Of a stretch of DNA of 64,000 bases, positions 9,965 to 21,302 are shown one piece after another. The notes under the pieces are model-generated. The model was given only the letters and a program-made list of their open reading frames with translations, was not told the origin of the DNA and searched no databases. The position numbers and the translations under genes were made by a program. How positions within the stretch are numbered: the stretch's first letter is position 1; each line of letters starts with the position of its first letter. The DNA is taken from the NCBI RefSeq assembly GCF_054482595.1, contig NZ_CM137008.1; one strand, written 5' to 3'.

Positions 9965-10530
9965 AATGCCGTCCCTTAAAAATAGTTTAAACCATCAAAA
10001 ATACATTACTTATTACGAAGTAATGGTAACCAAAGCAGCAATAAATAATTTATAAGAATCATGATTGACATTTATAAACCAGTAAGGCTGGCGTGACAAA
10101 TATCTTAATCAGATAATAATAATCCGAAAAGCACAGCGCCTTTCGAATTATCCGGAATCACATTAAGTGAAAATTATTAAATTGATATCATTTATCATAT
10201 CTGTGGATATTATGATAAACAATCAACAAAGATTTTATTTTTGATTTATAGCATATCCATCTAAGAATTTTTGCGATGCTGCAATATCCGGGGTAAAGAC
10301 CCGATCCTGGCTGACAAATGGCACGACTTGACGAAAAGCGGTGAACATCGCTTTTGTTGATTTACTTAACGCTACGGTCAAACGCTGGGAAGCCAGTGCA
10401 TCAGGTAACGATTCGAAATTCGCCGTCGTTCTTATTCGTGGCTTGCGGTCGGTCGCGGCAATCCACAGTGGCTGTGGTCATGCAGTCAAGCCTGCAGTCA
10501 GATTTCGACCGTGGTTAACCGTTTAAGACA

Positions 10531-10557
10531 TAAAAAAGGCCATCATACGATGGCCAA
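10531..10557 (-). terminator. Intrinsic terminator of the sdh-suc operon
   Basis: GC hairpin followed by a U-run on the minus strand (A-run 10532-10537 on plus). Confidence 0.7.
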
Positions 10558-10630
10558 CCATGTCGAAACCGACAGCCCTTCGCCATTCCTGTAGAGGGAA
10601 GCGGCGAGGGCTATTTCTTATTACAGATAT
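10531..10630 (-). ncRNA. sdhX: sucD 3'UTR-derived sRNA (SdhX/RybD-like), ending at the sucD intrinsic terminator
   Basis: About 100 nt between the sucD stop (10631-10633) and a terminator hairpin (ggccatc-atacg-atggcc, 10538-10556) with a U-run on the minus strand. That SdhX is made from the sucD 3'UTR is established knowledge; identity was not verified by alignment. Confidence 0.5.
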
Positions 10631-11500
10631 TTATTTCAGAACAGTTTTCAGTGCTTCACCGATATCCGCCAGGCTGCGAACGGTTTTCACGCCTGCGGCT
10701 TCCAGAGCAGCGAATTTCTCATCCGCAGTCCCTTTCCCACCGGCAATGATGGCACCCGCGTGGCCCATACGTTTGCCTTTCGGCGCAGTCACACCAGCGA
10801 TGTAACCCACAACTGGCTTGGTAACGTGCTCTTTGATGTACGCAGCTGCTTCTTCTTCAGCGCTACCGCCGATCTCACCGATCATCACGATCGCTTCGGT
10901 CTGCGGATCTTTTTCGAACATTTCGAGAATGTCGATAAAGTTAGAGCCAGGGATCGGGTCACCGCCGATACCGACACAGGTCGACTGACCGAAACCGTAA
11001 TCCGTGGTCTGTTTAACCGCTTCATAGGTCAGTGTACCGGAACGGGAAACGATACCCACTTTACCCGGTTTGTGAATGTGACCCGGTTGGATACCAATTT
11101 TGCATTCACCCGGGGTGATAACGCCTGGGCAGTTCGGGCCGATCATACGAACGCCGGCTTCATCCAGTTTCACTTTCACAGTCAGCATATCCAGCGTCGG
11201 GATGCCTTCAGTGATGGTGATAATCAGTTTGATGCCTGCGTCGATGGCTTCCAGAATGGAGTCTTTGCAGAACGGTGCTGGTACGTAGATAACAGAAGCG
11301 GTAGCGCCAGTAGCAGCAACAGCTTCACGCACTGTGTTGAACACCGGCAGGCCGAGGTGGGTAGTACCGCCTTTACCTGGGGTTACGCCGCCAACCATTT
11401 TAGTGCCGTATGCAATGGCCTGTTCTGAGTGGAAAGTCCCCTGGCTACCGGTAAAGCCCTGGCAGATAACCTTGGTGTTTTTATCAATTAAAATGGACAT
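10631..11500 (-). CDS. sucD: Succinyl-CoA synthetase alpha subunit
   Basis: 289 aa, translation matches E. coli SucD as recalled ([45 protein letters not shown]...). Confidence 0.97.
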
Positions 11501-12666
11501 TATTTCCCCTCCACTGCGGCAACAACCTGCTGAGCTGCATCCGTCAGACCTTTTGCTGCAATAATATTCAGGCCGCTGTCAGCCAGTTTCTTCGCGCCGA
11601 GTTCGGCGTTGTTACCTTCCAGACGTACCACGACCGGTACGTTAACACCCACTTCCGCTACCGCGCCGATGATACCGTCAGCGATCAGGTCGCAACGAAC
11701 GATACCGCCGAAGATGTTAACCAGAACGGCTTTCACTTTGTCGTCAGAGAGAATGATTTTGAACGCTTCGGTTACACGTTCTTTGGTTGCGCCGCCGCCA
11801 ACGTCCAGGAAGTTAGCCGGTTCGCCGCCGTGCAGTTTAACGATGTCCATCGTACCCATCGCCAGACCTGCGCCGTTAACCATACAACCGATGTTACCGT
11901 CCAGCGCAACGTAGTTCAGTTCCCACTGTGCAGCCTGTGCTTCACGTGAATCTTCCTGCGACTGGTCACGCATTTCGCGCAGATCAGGCTGGCGGAACAG
12001 TGCGTTGCCATCAGCGCCCAGTTTGCCGTCGAGGCAAATCAGATCGCCCTGTTTGGTAATGACCAGCGGGTTGATTTCGATCAGCGCTAGGTCGCGCTCC
12101 AGGAAAATGGTCGCCAGGCCCATGAAGATTTTGGTGAACTGCTGAACCAGTTTACCTTCCAGACCCAGTTTGAACGCCAGCTCGCGTCCCTGATACGGCA
12201 TCGGGCCAGTCAGCGGATCAAGCGCAACTTTATGGATCAGGTGCGGAGTTTCTTCCGCCACTTTTTCGATTTCCACGCCGCCTTCGGTGGAGGCCATAAA
12301 GACCACACGACGGGAACTACGGTCTACAACGGCACCGAGATACAGCTCTTTAGCGATATCGGTCGCTGCTTCAACCAGAATCTGGTTAACCGGTTGGCCA
12401 TTGGCATCTGTTTGATACGTTACCAGACGCTTGCCGAGCCAGTTTTCTGCAAAAGCACGGATGTCTTCTTTGCTGTTTACAACTTTCACACCGCCCGCTT
12501 TACCGCGGCCACCAGCGTGAACCTGACATTTCACTACCCACGGACCGGCACCGATTTTTGAAGCGGCTTCTTCTGCTTCGCGCGGAGTAGTACAGGCATA
12601 ACCCACCGGTGCTGGTAAGCCATAGCGGGCAAACAGTTGTTTTGCCTGATATTCATGTAAGTTCAT
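11500..12666 (-). CDS. sucC: Succinyl-CoA synthetase beta subunit
   Basis: 388 aa, [61 protein letters not shown]...; 1-nt overlap with the sucD start. Confidence 0.97.
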
Positions 12667-12750
12667 GTGTTCTGTCCATCCTTCAGTAATCGTTATCTTT
12701 TAAACCGTAGACCGAATATTTCGTATCGCTCCCGGGTATTGTCGGTCACC

Positions 12751-12990
12751 CGTAGGCCTGATAAGACGCGCAAGCGTCGCATCTGGCATCGCTTGTCGGA
12801 TGCGGCGCAAGCGCCTTATCCGACCTACATCGGTGCTCCCCGTAGGCCTGATAAGACGTGTAAGCGTCGCATCAGGCATCGCTTGTCGGATGCGACGCGA
12901 GCGCCTTATCCGACCTACATCGGTGCTTCCCGTAGGCCTGATAAGACGCGTTAAGCGTCGCATCAGGCTTCAATTGCCGGAGAAGGCGAT
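12751..12990. repeat. Tandem ~90-bp BIME/REP array (about 2.5 copies) in the sucB-sucC spacer
   Basis: Unit starts at 12751, 12841 and 12931 (cgtaggcctgataagacg...); each unit holds REP-type palindromes (gcctgataagacg / cggatgcggcg...cgccttatccg). Confidence 0.85.
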
Positions 12991-13031
12991 AATGTCTTAC
13001 CCGGTCTACAGTGCAGGTGAAGCTTAAACTA

Positions 13032-14249
13032 CTAAACGTCCAGCAGCAGACGTGTCGGATCTTCCAGCAACTCTTTGATCGTTACCAGGAAGCCCACGGA
13101 TTCGCGACCATCGATCAGACGGTGATCGTAGGACAGCGCCAGATACATCATCGGCAGGATCTCAACCTGACCATTCACAGCCATCGGACGATCTTTGATA
13201 GCGTGCATACCCAGAATTGCGCTCTGCGGCGGGTTGATGATCGGCGTAGACATCAGGGAACCGAACACACCACCGTTGGTGATGGTGAAGTTACCACCGG
13301 TCAGATCTTCAACCGTCAGCTTGCCGTCACGGCCTTTAACTGCAAGCTCTTTGATTTTCTTCTCGATGTCTGCCATGCCGAGGGTATCGACATCACGCAG
13401 TACCGGCGTCACCAGGCCGCGCGGCGTAGAAACCGCCATGCTGACGTCGAAATAGTTGTGGTAAACCACGTCATCGCCGTCGATAGAAGCATTCACTTCC
13501 GGGTAACGTTTCAGGGCTTCAACCACCGCTTTCACGTAGAAGGACATAAAGCCCAGACGGATGCCGTGGCGTTTTTCAAACGCTTCACCGTACTGCTTAC
13601 GCAGATCCATAATCGGCTTCATGTTGACTTCGTTGAACGTGGTCAGCATGGCGGTGGAGTTTTTCGCTTCCAGCAGACGCTCTGCCACACGCTTACGCAG
13701 GCGAGTCATCGGGACACGTTTTTCACTACGTGCAGCCAGAGCCGGTTGCGCTGCCGAAGCAGCCGCTGCCGGAGCAGACTCTTTCGCCGGGGCTTTCGCC
13801 AGATGTTTTTCCACATCTTCACGGGTCAGACGACCACCCACACCGGTGCCTTTAATGGCGCTGGCGTCGAGGTTGTGTTCAGCCAGCAGGCGACGGATCG
13901 CCGGGCTTAACGCATCGTTGTTTTGCTCTTCCAGAGACGCCTGCTGGCGTTGCGCCGGTGTGGACGCTTTCTCTTCAGATTTGGCGCTGGTTTCTTTACC
14001 GGCGCTGTTGCCTTCACGCAGGCGACCAAGGATCTGACGAGACGTTACCGTTGTACCTTCATCTTCCAGAACCGCATCCAGAATGCCGTCTGCTGATGCC
14101 GGTACTTCCAGTACCACTTTGTCAGTTTCGATTTCTACCAGCACTTCATCACGTACGACTGCGTCGCCGGGTTTTTTATGCCAGGTTGCGACGGTGGCAT
14201 CGGCTACGGATTCAGGCAGGTCAGGGACCAGAATATCTACGCTACTCAT
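13032..14249 (-). CDS. sucB: 2-oxoglutarate dehydrogenase E2 (dihydrolipoyl succinyltransferase)
   Basis: 405 aa, lipoyl domain N-terminus ([29 protein letters not shown]...) and catalytic C-terminus. Confidence 0.97.
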   Translation of the reverse strand: MSSVDILVPDLPESVADATVATWHKKPGDAVVRDEVLVEIETDKVVLEVPASADGILDAVLEDEGTTVTSRQILGRLREGNSAGKETSAKSEEKASTPAQRQQASLEEQNNDALSPAIRRLLAEHNLDASAIKGTGVGGRLTREDVEKHLAKAPAKESAPAAAASAAQPALAARSEKRVPMTRLRKRVAERLLEAKNSTAMLTTFNEVNMKPIMDLRKQYGEAFEKRHGIRLGFMSFYVKAVVEALKRYPEVNASIDGDDVVYHNYFDVSMAVSTPRGLVTPVLRDVDTLGMADIEKKIKELAVKGRDGKLTVEDLTGGNFTITNGGVFGSLMSTPIINPPQSAILGMHAIKDRPMAVNGQVEILPMMYLALSYDHRLIDGRESVGFLVTIKELLEDPTRLLLDV

Positions 14250-14263
14250 TGTGTATCCTTTAT

Positions 14264-17065
14264 TTATTCGACGTTCAGCGCGTCATTAACCAGATCTTGT
14301 TGCTGTTTCTGGTGAACGGACATATACCCTACCGCCGGAGAGGCGGAGGCCGGGCGGCCTGCATAACGCAGAGAAGCCCCAAACGGAATCACTTCACGGA
14401 AATGATGCTGGCTGCAGTACCATGCGCCCTGGTTGAGCGGCTCTTCCTGGCACCAGACAAAATCCTTGACGTGAGCAAACTGCTGCAACACTTCCTGCAT
14501 CGCTTTATGCGGGAACGGGTAGAGTTGCTCGATACGCACAATGGCGACATCGTGTTGATTGTTCTTACGACGTTGTTCCAGCAGGTCGTAATAAACCTTA
14601 CCAGAACACATCACTACGCGCTTCACGCCCTTCGGATCAAGCTCGTCGATTTCACCGATGGCTGGCAGGAAGGTGCCGTTCGCCAGTTCTTCGAGGCTGG
14701 AAACCGCCAGCGGATGACGCAGCAGGGATTTCGGCGACATCACGACCAGCGGACGACGCATCCCGCGCAGCGCCTGACGACGCAGCATGTGGTAAACCTG
14801 TGCCGGGGTAGACGGTACGCACACCTGCATGTTTTGCTCAGCACAAAGTTGCAGATAACGTTCCAGACGCGCGGAGGAGTGCTCCGGCCCCTGCCCTTCG
14901 TAACCGTGCGGCAGCAACATCACCAGGCCACACATCCGGCCCCATTTCTGCTCGCCAGAGGAGATGAACTGGTCGATAACCACCTGTGCGCCGTTGGCGA
15001 AGTCACCGAACTGCGCTTCCCAGATGGTCAGGGTGCGTGGTTCTGCGGTGGCATAACCGTATTCAAACGCCAGCACGGCTTCTTCAGAAAGTACGGAGTC
15101 CCAGACACGGAACGCGCCCTGGCCGTTATGGATGTGTTGCAGCGGCGTGTAAGTGGAACCGTTAGACTGGTTGTGGATCACCGCGTGGCGGTGGAAGAAG
15201 GTACCGCGACCGGAGTCTTCACCCGACAGGCGAACCGGAATGCCTTCATCAACCAGCGTGGCGTAAGCGAGGTTTTCCGCGCCGCCCCAGTCGAACAGTT
15301 TCTCACCGGCTGCCATTGCCTGGCGATCGCCATAAATCTTGGCAACGCGAGACTGCATTTCAACTGCTTCCGGCACCGTGCTGATGCGTTTCGCCAGCTC
15401 CTGCAGGCGCTTCATCTCAACTTTGTTCGGGTACTCTTCGTCCCATTCGTGGTTGAGATACGGCGACCAGGTGAAAGAGTGCATGTTCATCGGACGCCAC
15501 TCTGCCACTACGCAATCGCCAGCATCCAGCGCATCGCGGTACAGGTTAACCATCTCGGTGGCATCTTCCAGCGTCGCCACTTTTTCCTGCTCCAGCTTGT
15601 CAGCATAGATTTTGCGCGGCGTCGGATGTTTTTTGATTTTCTGATACATCAGCGGCTGGGTTGCGCTCGGCTCGTCGGCTTCGTTGTGGCCGTGACGGCG
15701 GTAGCACACCAGGTCGATGAAGACATCACGTTTAAAGGTGTTACGGAAATCGAGCGCCAGACGGGTCACAAAGGCAACGGCTTCCGGATCATCCGCGTTA
15801 ACGTGGAAAATCGGTGCCTGAACCATCTTACCGATATCAGTACAGTACGGTGTAGAACGAGCATCCAGCGGATTAGAGGTGGTGAAACCAACCTGGTTGT
15901 TGATAACGATACGTACCGTACCGCCAACTTCATAACCACGCGCTTTCGACATGTTCAGAGTTTCCTGAACCACGCCCTGCCCGGTCACTGCGGCGTCACC
16001 GTGGATGGTGATTGGCAGCACTTTGTTGCTGCTCGGCTCATCAAGTCTGTCCAGACGGGCACGAACAGAACCGATAACTACCGGGCTTACAATCTCAAGG
16101 TGAGACGGGTTAAACGCCAGCGCCAGGTGCACCAGGCCGCCATCGGTCTGGAAGTCAGACGAGAAGCCCATGTGGTATTTCACGTCACCCGTGCCGAGGT
16201 GTTCTTTATGTTTACCGGCAAACTCGTCGAACAAGTCTTGCGGTTTTTTACCCAGCACGTTCACCAGCACGTTCAGACGACCACGGTGCGCCATCCCGAG
16301 AACCACTTCGCGGGTGCCGCTGTTGCCAGCGTGGCGAATCATCTCTTTAAGCATCGGGATTAACGCGTCACCGCCTTCCAGCGAGAAGCGTTTTGCGCCA
16401 GGGAATTTTGCGCCGAGGTAACGTTCAAGGCCTTCAGCGGCGGTCAGTTCGCTTAGGAAGCGTTTTTTCTCTTCGCTATTGAAAGTCGCGCGACCAGACT
16501 CGATACGCTGTTGGATCCAGCGTTTTTCTTCGGTGCTGGTGATGTGCATATACTCGGCACCAATCGGGCCGCAGTAGGTTTGCTTGAGGGCTTCCAGCAG
16601 CTCGCCGAGTTTCATGGTTTCTTTGCCGCTGGCAAATGAACCAACGTTGAAGGTCTCCTGGAAGTCTGCTTCTGTCAGATCGTGGAAAGACGGATCCAGA
16701 TCGGCCACTTTATCTTGCTGCCACAGTCCCAGCGGATCGAGATTCGCATGCTGGTGACCACGGAAGCGGTATGCGTTAATGAGCTGCAGGACTTTTACCT
16801 GCTTCACATTGGTGTCAGGGTCGGAGATCGTTGAAGAGTAACGTGAAGCGTCTTTCGCCAGGCGGCGGAAATATTCACGCGTTTGAGAGTGGAATTGATC
16901 CGGTTTGACTCCCGTACCAGGTAACTGCTGGAACGTCGAACGCCAGTTAGCGTCAACCGAGTCAGGATCGGTTAAGAAGTCTTCATAGAGCTGTTCTATC
17001 CAGCTCTGGTTTGCGCCAGAGAGGTAAGAAGAGTCCAACCAGGCTTTCAAAGCGCTGTTCTGCAT
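14264..17065 (-). CDS. sucA: 2-oxoglutarate dehydrogenase E1 component
   Basis: 933 aa, [50 protein letters not shown]... Confidence 0.97.
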   Translation of the reverse strand: MQNSALKAWLDSSYLSGANQSWIEQLYEDFLTDPDSVDANWRSTFQQLPGTGVKPDQFHSQTREYFRRLAKDASRYSSTISDPDTNVKQVKVLQLINAYRFRGHQHANLDPLGLWQQDKVADLDPSFHDLTEADFQETFNVGSFASGKETMKLGELLEALKQTYCGPIGAEYMHITSTEEKRWIQQRIESGRATFNSEEKKRFLSELTAAEGLERYLGAKFPGAKRFSLEGGDALIPMLKEMIRHAGNSGTREVVLGMAHRGRLNVLVNVLGKKPQDLFDEFAGKHKEHLGTGDVKYHMGFSSDFQTDGGLVHLALAFNPSHLEIVSPVVIGSVRARLDRLDEPSSNKVLPITIHGDAAVTGQGVVQETLNMSKARGYEVGGTVRIVINNQVGFTTSNPLDARSTPYCTDIGKMVQAPIFHVNADDPEAVAFVTRLALDFRNTFKRDVFIDLVCYRRHGHNEADEPSATQPLMYQKIKKHPTPRKIYADKLEQEKVATLEDATEMVNLYRDALDAGDCVVAEWRPMNMHSFTWSPYLNHEWDEEYPNKVEMKRLQELAKRISTVPEAVEMQSRVAKIYGDRQAMAAGEKLFDWGGAENLAYATLVDEGIPVRLSGEDSGRGTFFHRHAVIHNQSNGSTYTPLQHIHNGQGAFRVWDSVLSEEAVLAFEYGYATAEPRTLTIWEAQFGDFANGAQVVIDQFISSGEQKWGRMCGLVMLLPHGYEGQGPEHSSARLERYLQLCAEQNMQVCVPSTPAQVYHMLRRQALRGMRRPLVVMSPKSLLRHPLAVSSLEELANGTFLPAIGEIDELDPKGVKRVVMCSGKVYYDLLEQRRKNNQHDVAIVRIEQLYPFPHKAMQEVLQQFAHVKDFVWCQEEPLNQGAWYCSQHHFREVIPFGASLRYAGRPASASPAVGYMSVHQKQQQDLVNDALNVE

Positions 17066-17239
17066 CGTGATCCCTTAAGCATCTTTTTTATGCTTACTTC
17101 GCCGTGGATACTACCACGCACAGTGATGTGCGTGCCGGGGTTCACTTGCGAGCTCTTGTCTACGTAGTGGCTCGCGAAGGAACCTTTAAAAACTGTCTTA
17201 GTGTCAGGGGCAGTTTTTAAAGATTTCCTGCATTTCTTT

Positions 17240-17365
17240 GTTACGCCTGATGCGCTGCGCTTATCAGGCCTACGGGTAATGACTTGTAGGCCGGATAAGG
17301 CGTTCACGCCGCATCCGGCACTGGTTGCCTGATGCGACGCTTGCGCGTCTTATCAGGCCTACGGT
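17240..17365. repeat. REP/BIME palindromic elements in the sdhB-sucA intergenic region (which also carries the internal suc promoter)
   Basis: Several gcctgatgcg...cttatcaggcctac and ggccggataaggcgttcacgccgcatccggc palindromes. Confidence 0.8.
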
Positions 17366-18082
17366 TTACGCATTACGTTGCAACAACATCGACTTGATAT
17401 GACCGATGGCGCGCGTCGGGTTCAGCCCCTTCGGACATACACTGACGCAGTTCATGATGCTGTGACAGCGGAATACACTGAATGCATCGCTCAAACCGTC
17501 GAGGCGGCTGTCAGTCTCGGTATCACGGCTATCGATCAGAAAACGATATGCCGCTAACAAGCCTGCCGGGCCGATAAACTTATCGGGATTCCACCAGAAA
17601 GACGGACAAGAGGTTGAACAACATGCGCAGAGAATACATTCATACAGCCCGTCGAGTTTTTCGCGCTGCTCTGGCATCTGTAAATGCTCGCGAGCTGGCG
17701 GATTTTGTTCATTATTCAACAGGTAAGGCTTAATTTTCTCATATTGCGCATAGAATTGTCCCATGTCTACCACCAAATCGCGGATCACCGGTAAACCTGG
17801 CAGAGGGCGAATCACAATCTTCTTGCCCGGCTGGTTGAGTGCCGAAATCGGGGTAATACAGGCCAGACCATTCTTGCCGTTCATGTTCAGACCGTCGGAA
17901 CCGCACACACCTTCACGACAGGAGCGACGGAACGACAGGCTGGGATCTTTCTCTTTCAGCTGGATAAGCGCATCCAGCAGCATCATGTCGCGACCTTCAT
18001 CCGCTTCCAGGGTGTAATCCTGCATACGCGGAGCATCATCAACATCCGGGTTATAACGATAAATTGAAAACTCGAGTCTCAT
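17366..18082 (-). CDS. sdhB: Succinate dehydrogenase iron-sulfur subunit
   Basis: 238 aa, MRLEFSIYRYNPDVDDAPRMQDYTLEADEGRDMMLLDALIQLKEKDPSLSFRRSCREGVCGSDG... Confidence 0.97.
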   Translation of the reverse strand: MRLEFSIYRYNPDVDDAPRMQDYTLEADEGRDMMLLDALIQLKEKDPSLSFRRSCREGVCGSDGLNMNGKNGLACITPISALNQPGKKIVIRPLPGLPVIRDLVVDMGQFYAQYEKIKPYLLNNEQNPPAREHLQMPEQREKLDGLYECILCACCSTSCPSFWWNPDKFIGPAGLLAAYRFLIDSRDTETDSRLDGLSDAFSVFRCHSIMNCVSVCPKGLNPTRAIGHIKSMLLQRNA

Positions 18083-18097
18083 TTTCCTGTCTCCGCA

Positions 18098-19864
18098 TTA
18101 GTAAGTACGAATCTTCGGCGGGAATGCCGGGCGCAGTTTCGGTTCCATGTTGACGCTTCGGCGCGTCATGGATTCCGACTCTGGCAGATACAGGGAGTGG
18201 CACAGCCAGTTTTCATCATCGCGATCCGGGAAGTCGAAGCGGCTATGTGCGCCACGGCTTTCGGTACGGAAGTTGGCAGAAACAGCCGTTGCATACGCCG
18301 TTTCCATCAGGTTATCCAGTTCCAGACACTCAACGCGCTGGGTGTTGAACTCGCTGGAAGTGTCATCCAGACGGGCATTTTTCAGACGCTCGCGGATAAC
18401 TTTCAACTGCTCAAGCCCTTTCGCCATCGCATCACCTTCACGGAAGACCGAGAAGTTATGCTGCATACATTCTTGCAGCGCTTTACGGATCGCAACCGGA
18501 TCTTCACCGTTACGGTTGTTGTTCCAGCGGTTCAGGCGATCCAGAGACGCTTCTACATCAGACTCGCTGGCATCGCGCAGTGCGCCCTGCTCGGCGATAG
18601 ACTCTTGCAGATGCAGGCCAGCAGCGCGACCAAAGACCACCAGGTCCAGCAGCGAGTTACCGCCAAGACGGTTAGCGCCGTGTACCGATACACAGGCAAT
18701 TTCACCCACCGCGAACAGCCCCGGAACAACCACATCTTCGCCTTTCTCATTCACAGTCAGCGCCTGACCGGTAACTTTGGTCGGAATACCGCCCATCATG
18801 TAGTGACAGGTTGGGATAACCGGAATCGGCTCTTTCACCGGATCAACGTGAGCGAAGGTACGGGAAAGCTCCAGGATACCCGGCAGACGGGATTCGAGAA
18901 CTTCTTTACCCAGGTGATCGAGTTTCAGTTTCGCGTGTGGCCCCCACGGACCATCACAGCCGCGACCTTCACGGATTTCGATCATGATGGAACGCGCCAC
19001 CACATCACGGCCCGCCAGGTCTTTGGCGTTCGGCGCATAACGCTCCATAAAGCGTTCGCCATGTTTGTTCAGCAGATAACCGCCTTCACCACGGCAACCT
19101 TCGGTGACCAGTACGCCCGCACCGGCAATGCCGGTCGGGTGGAATTGCCACATTTCCATATCCTGCACCGGTACGCCTGCGCGGATAGCCATGCCGACAC
19201 CGTCGCCAGTGTTAATGTGGGCGTTAGTGGTGGACTGATAAATACGCCCTGCCCCGCCAGTCGCCAGCACGGTAGCGCGGGCTTTGAAATAAACCACTTC
19301 ACCGGTTTCGATGCACAGTGCGGTACAACCCACCACCGCGCCATCCTGGTTTTTCACCAGATCCAGCGCATACCACTCGGAGAAAATGGTGGTGTGGTTT
19401 TTCAGGTTCTGCTGATAAAGCGTGTGCAACAGTGCGTGACCGGTACGGTCAGCCGCTGCCGCAGTGCGTGCCGCCTGCTCGCCGCCGAAGTTTTTCGACT
19501 GACCGCCAAACGGACGTTGATAGATACGACCATCATCGAGACGCGAGAACGGCAGGCCCATGTGTTCGAGTTCCAGAATCGCTTCCGGCCCGGTTTTACA
19601 CATATATTCAATCGCGTCCTGGTCACCGATATAGTCCGACCCTTTCACGGTGTCGTACATATGCCATTCCCAGTTATCTTCATGGGTATTACCCAGCGCA
19701 ACGGTAATGCCGCCTTGCGCAGAAACGGTATGGGAACGGGTCGGGAAGACTTTAGAGAGCAGCGCACAGGTCTGGCCGCTCTGGGAAATTTGCAGCGCCG
19801 CGCGCATACCTGCGCCGCCGGCACCAATCACAACTGCATCAAATTCTCTGACTGGCAATTTCAT
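18098..19864 (-). CDS. sdhA: Succinate dehydrogenase flavoprotein subunit
   Basis: Start set at [23 protein letters not shown]... (588 aa, matching E. coli SdhA as recalled); the listed ORF adds 4 upstream codons. The start ATG overlaps the sdhD stop. Confidence 0.96.
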   Translation of the reverse strand: MKLPVREFDAVVIGAGGAGMRAALQISQSGQTCALLSKVFPTRSHTVSAQGGITVALGNTHEDNWEWHMYDTVKGSDYIGDQDAIEYMCKTGPEAILELEHMGLPFSRLDDGRIYQRPFGGQSKNFGGEQAARTAAAADRTGHALLHTLYQQNLKNHTTIFSEWYALDLVKNQDGAVVGCTALCIETGEVVYFKARATVLATGGAGRIYQSTTNAHINTGDGVGMAIRAGVPVQDMEMWQFHPTGIAGAGVLVTEGCRGEGGYLLNKHGERFMERYAPNAKDLAGRDVVARSIMIEIREGRGCDGPWGPHAKLKLDHLGKEVLESRLPGILELSRTFAHVDPVKEPIPVIPTCHYMMGGIPTKVTGQALTVNEKGEDVVVPGLFAVGEIACVSVHGANRLGGNSLLDLVVFGRAAGLHLQESIAEQGALRDASESDVEASLDRLNRWNNNRNGEDPVAIRKALQECMQHNFSVFREGDAMAKGLEQLKVIRERLKNARLDDTSSEFNTQRVECLELDNLMETAYATAVSANFRTESRGAHSRFDFPDRDDENWLCHSLYLPESESMTRRSVNMEPKLRPAFPPKIRTY

Positions 19865-20211
19865 CACACACCCCACACCACAACGAATCCATAAATCACG
19901 TAAACCACCAGTGCAACGACAATCACCAGTTGCAGCATCAGGCGCAAAGCCAGCGGTTTAACGTAGTCGGTCAACACCTGCCACATGCCGATCCAGGCAT
20001 GGATCAAGATAGAAAACAGCGCCAGCAGGGTGAACACTTTGGTGAACGCAGAGGCGAAGAAACCGATCCAGACTTCATATGTCAGCTCGCCACTGGTGGC
20101 GAAAAAACCGACCATATAAATGATGTAGAGCGTCAGGACGATAGCGGTAGCGCGAACGAGGATGAAATCATGTACGCCATTGCGTCCTAATGCGGAGGCG
20201 TTGCTTACCAT
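19864..20211 (-). CDS. sdhD: Succinate dehydrogenase membrane anchor subunit
   Basis: 115 aa hydrophobic protein; position and overlap in the sdhCDAB operon. Confidence 0.95.
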
Positions 20212-20594
20212 ACGAGGACTCCTGCGAGAAGTGAAAGCACGACAGTAATAACAAAGGAGATTTTGGCGGAGCGTTTACCCGCTTCGAATGTTTCTTCCAG
20301 ATAGCCAAAATCCATCATCATGTGGCGAATACCTACGACGACGTGATACGCCAGAGCGGTAAGGATGCCCCACATGATAAATTTGACGAAGAAGCTGCCC
20401 ATAATCGCGGAAGCTTGCTCGAAACCTTCAGGGGAAGAGAGGCTGGTACCCAGAAGCCACAGCAGGATACCCACTGCAACAAAGGTGATCACACCGGAAA
20501 CGCGATGGAGAATGGACGCTATCGCCGTGATGGGGAACCGGATGGTCTGTAGGTCCAGATTAACAGGTCTTTGTTTTTTCACATTTCTTATCAT
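20205..20594 (-). CDS. sdhC: Succinate dehydrogenase cytochrome b556 subunit
   Basis: Start set at [34 protein letters not shown]... (129 aa); the listed ORF adds 5 codons upstream. Confidence 0.93.
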
Positions 20595-21302
20595 GAATAA
20601 CGCCCACATGCTGTTCTTATTATTCCCTGGGGACTACGGGCACAGAGGTTAACTTTCTGTTACCTGGAGACGTCGGGATTTCCTTCCTCCGGTCTGCTTG
20701 CGGGTCAGACAGCGTCCTTTCTATAACTGCGCGTCATGCAAAACACTGCTTCCAGATGCGAAAACGACACGTTACAACGCTGGGTGGCTCGGGATTGCAG
20801 GGTGTTCCGGAGACCTGGCGGCAGTATAGGCCGTTCACAAAATCATTACAATTAACCTACATATAGTTTGTCGGGTTTTATCCTGAACAGTGATCCAGGT
20901 CACGATAACAACATTTATTTAATTTTTAATCATCTAATTTGACAATCATTCAACAAAGTTGTTACAAACATTACCAGGAAAAGCATATAATGCGTAAAAG
21001 TTATGAAGTCGGTATTTCACCTAAGATTAACTTATGTAACAGTGTGGAAGTATTGACCAATTCATTCGGGACAGTTATTAGTGGTAGACAAGTTTAATAA
21101 TTCGGATTGCTAAGTACTTGATTCGCCATTTATTCGTCATCAATGGATCCTTTACCTGCAAGCGCCCAGAGCTCTGTACCCAGGTTTTCCCCTCTTTCAC
21201 AGAGCGGCGAGCCAAATAACAAACGGGTAAAGCCAGGTTGATGTGCGAAGGCAAATTTAAGTTCCGGCAGTCTTACGCAATAAGGCGCTAAGGAGACCTT
21301 AA
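20595..21302. promoter_or_regulatory. Divergent gltA / sdhCDAB control region
   Basis: 708-bp AT-rich non-coding spacer between the divergent gltA and sdhC starts. That this region carries the gltA and sdh promoters with ArcA/CRP/Fnr/Fur control is established knowledge; individual sites were not mapped here. Confidence 0.7.

Noticed and set aside
10341-10526. 61-codon ORF at the island/sucD junction
   Set aside because: GTG-initiated, no SD, frame closed by a stop 12 nt upstream. I considered a remnant of the mngR 3' end but could not support it from sequence.
12667-13027. Three overlapping 75-95-aa ORFs in the sucB-sucC spacer
   Set aside because: They are translations of the tandem REP/BIME array (repeating LIRPT...RRIR peptides), not genes.
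13958-16363. 801-aa ORF on the plus strand, antisense to sucA
   Set aside because: Lies entirely inside sucA on the opposite strand; the translation is low-complexity (R/H/Q/V-rich) with no recognisable domain. Long antisense frames are expected opposite highly expressed, codon-biased genes.
18197-19894. 565-aa ORF antisense to sdhA
   Set aside because: Same reasoning: fully nested antisense to a conserved gene, with no SD or domain signal.
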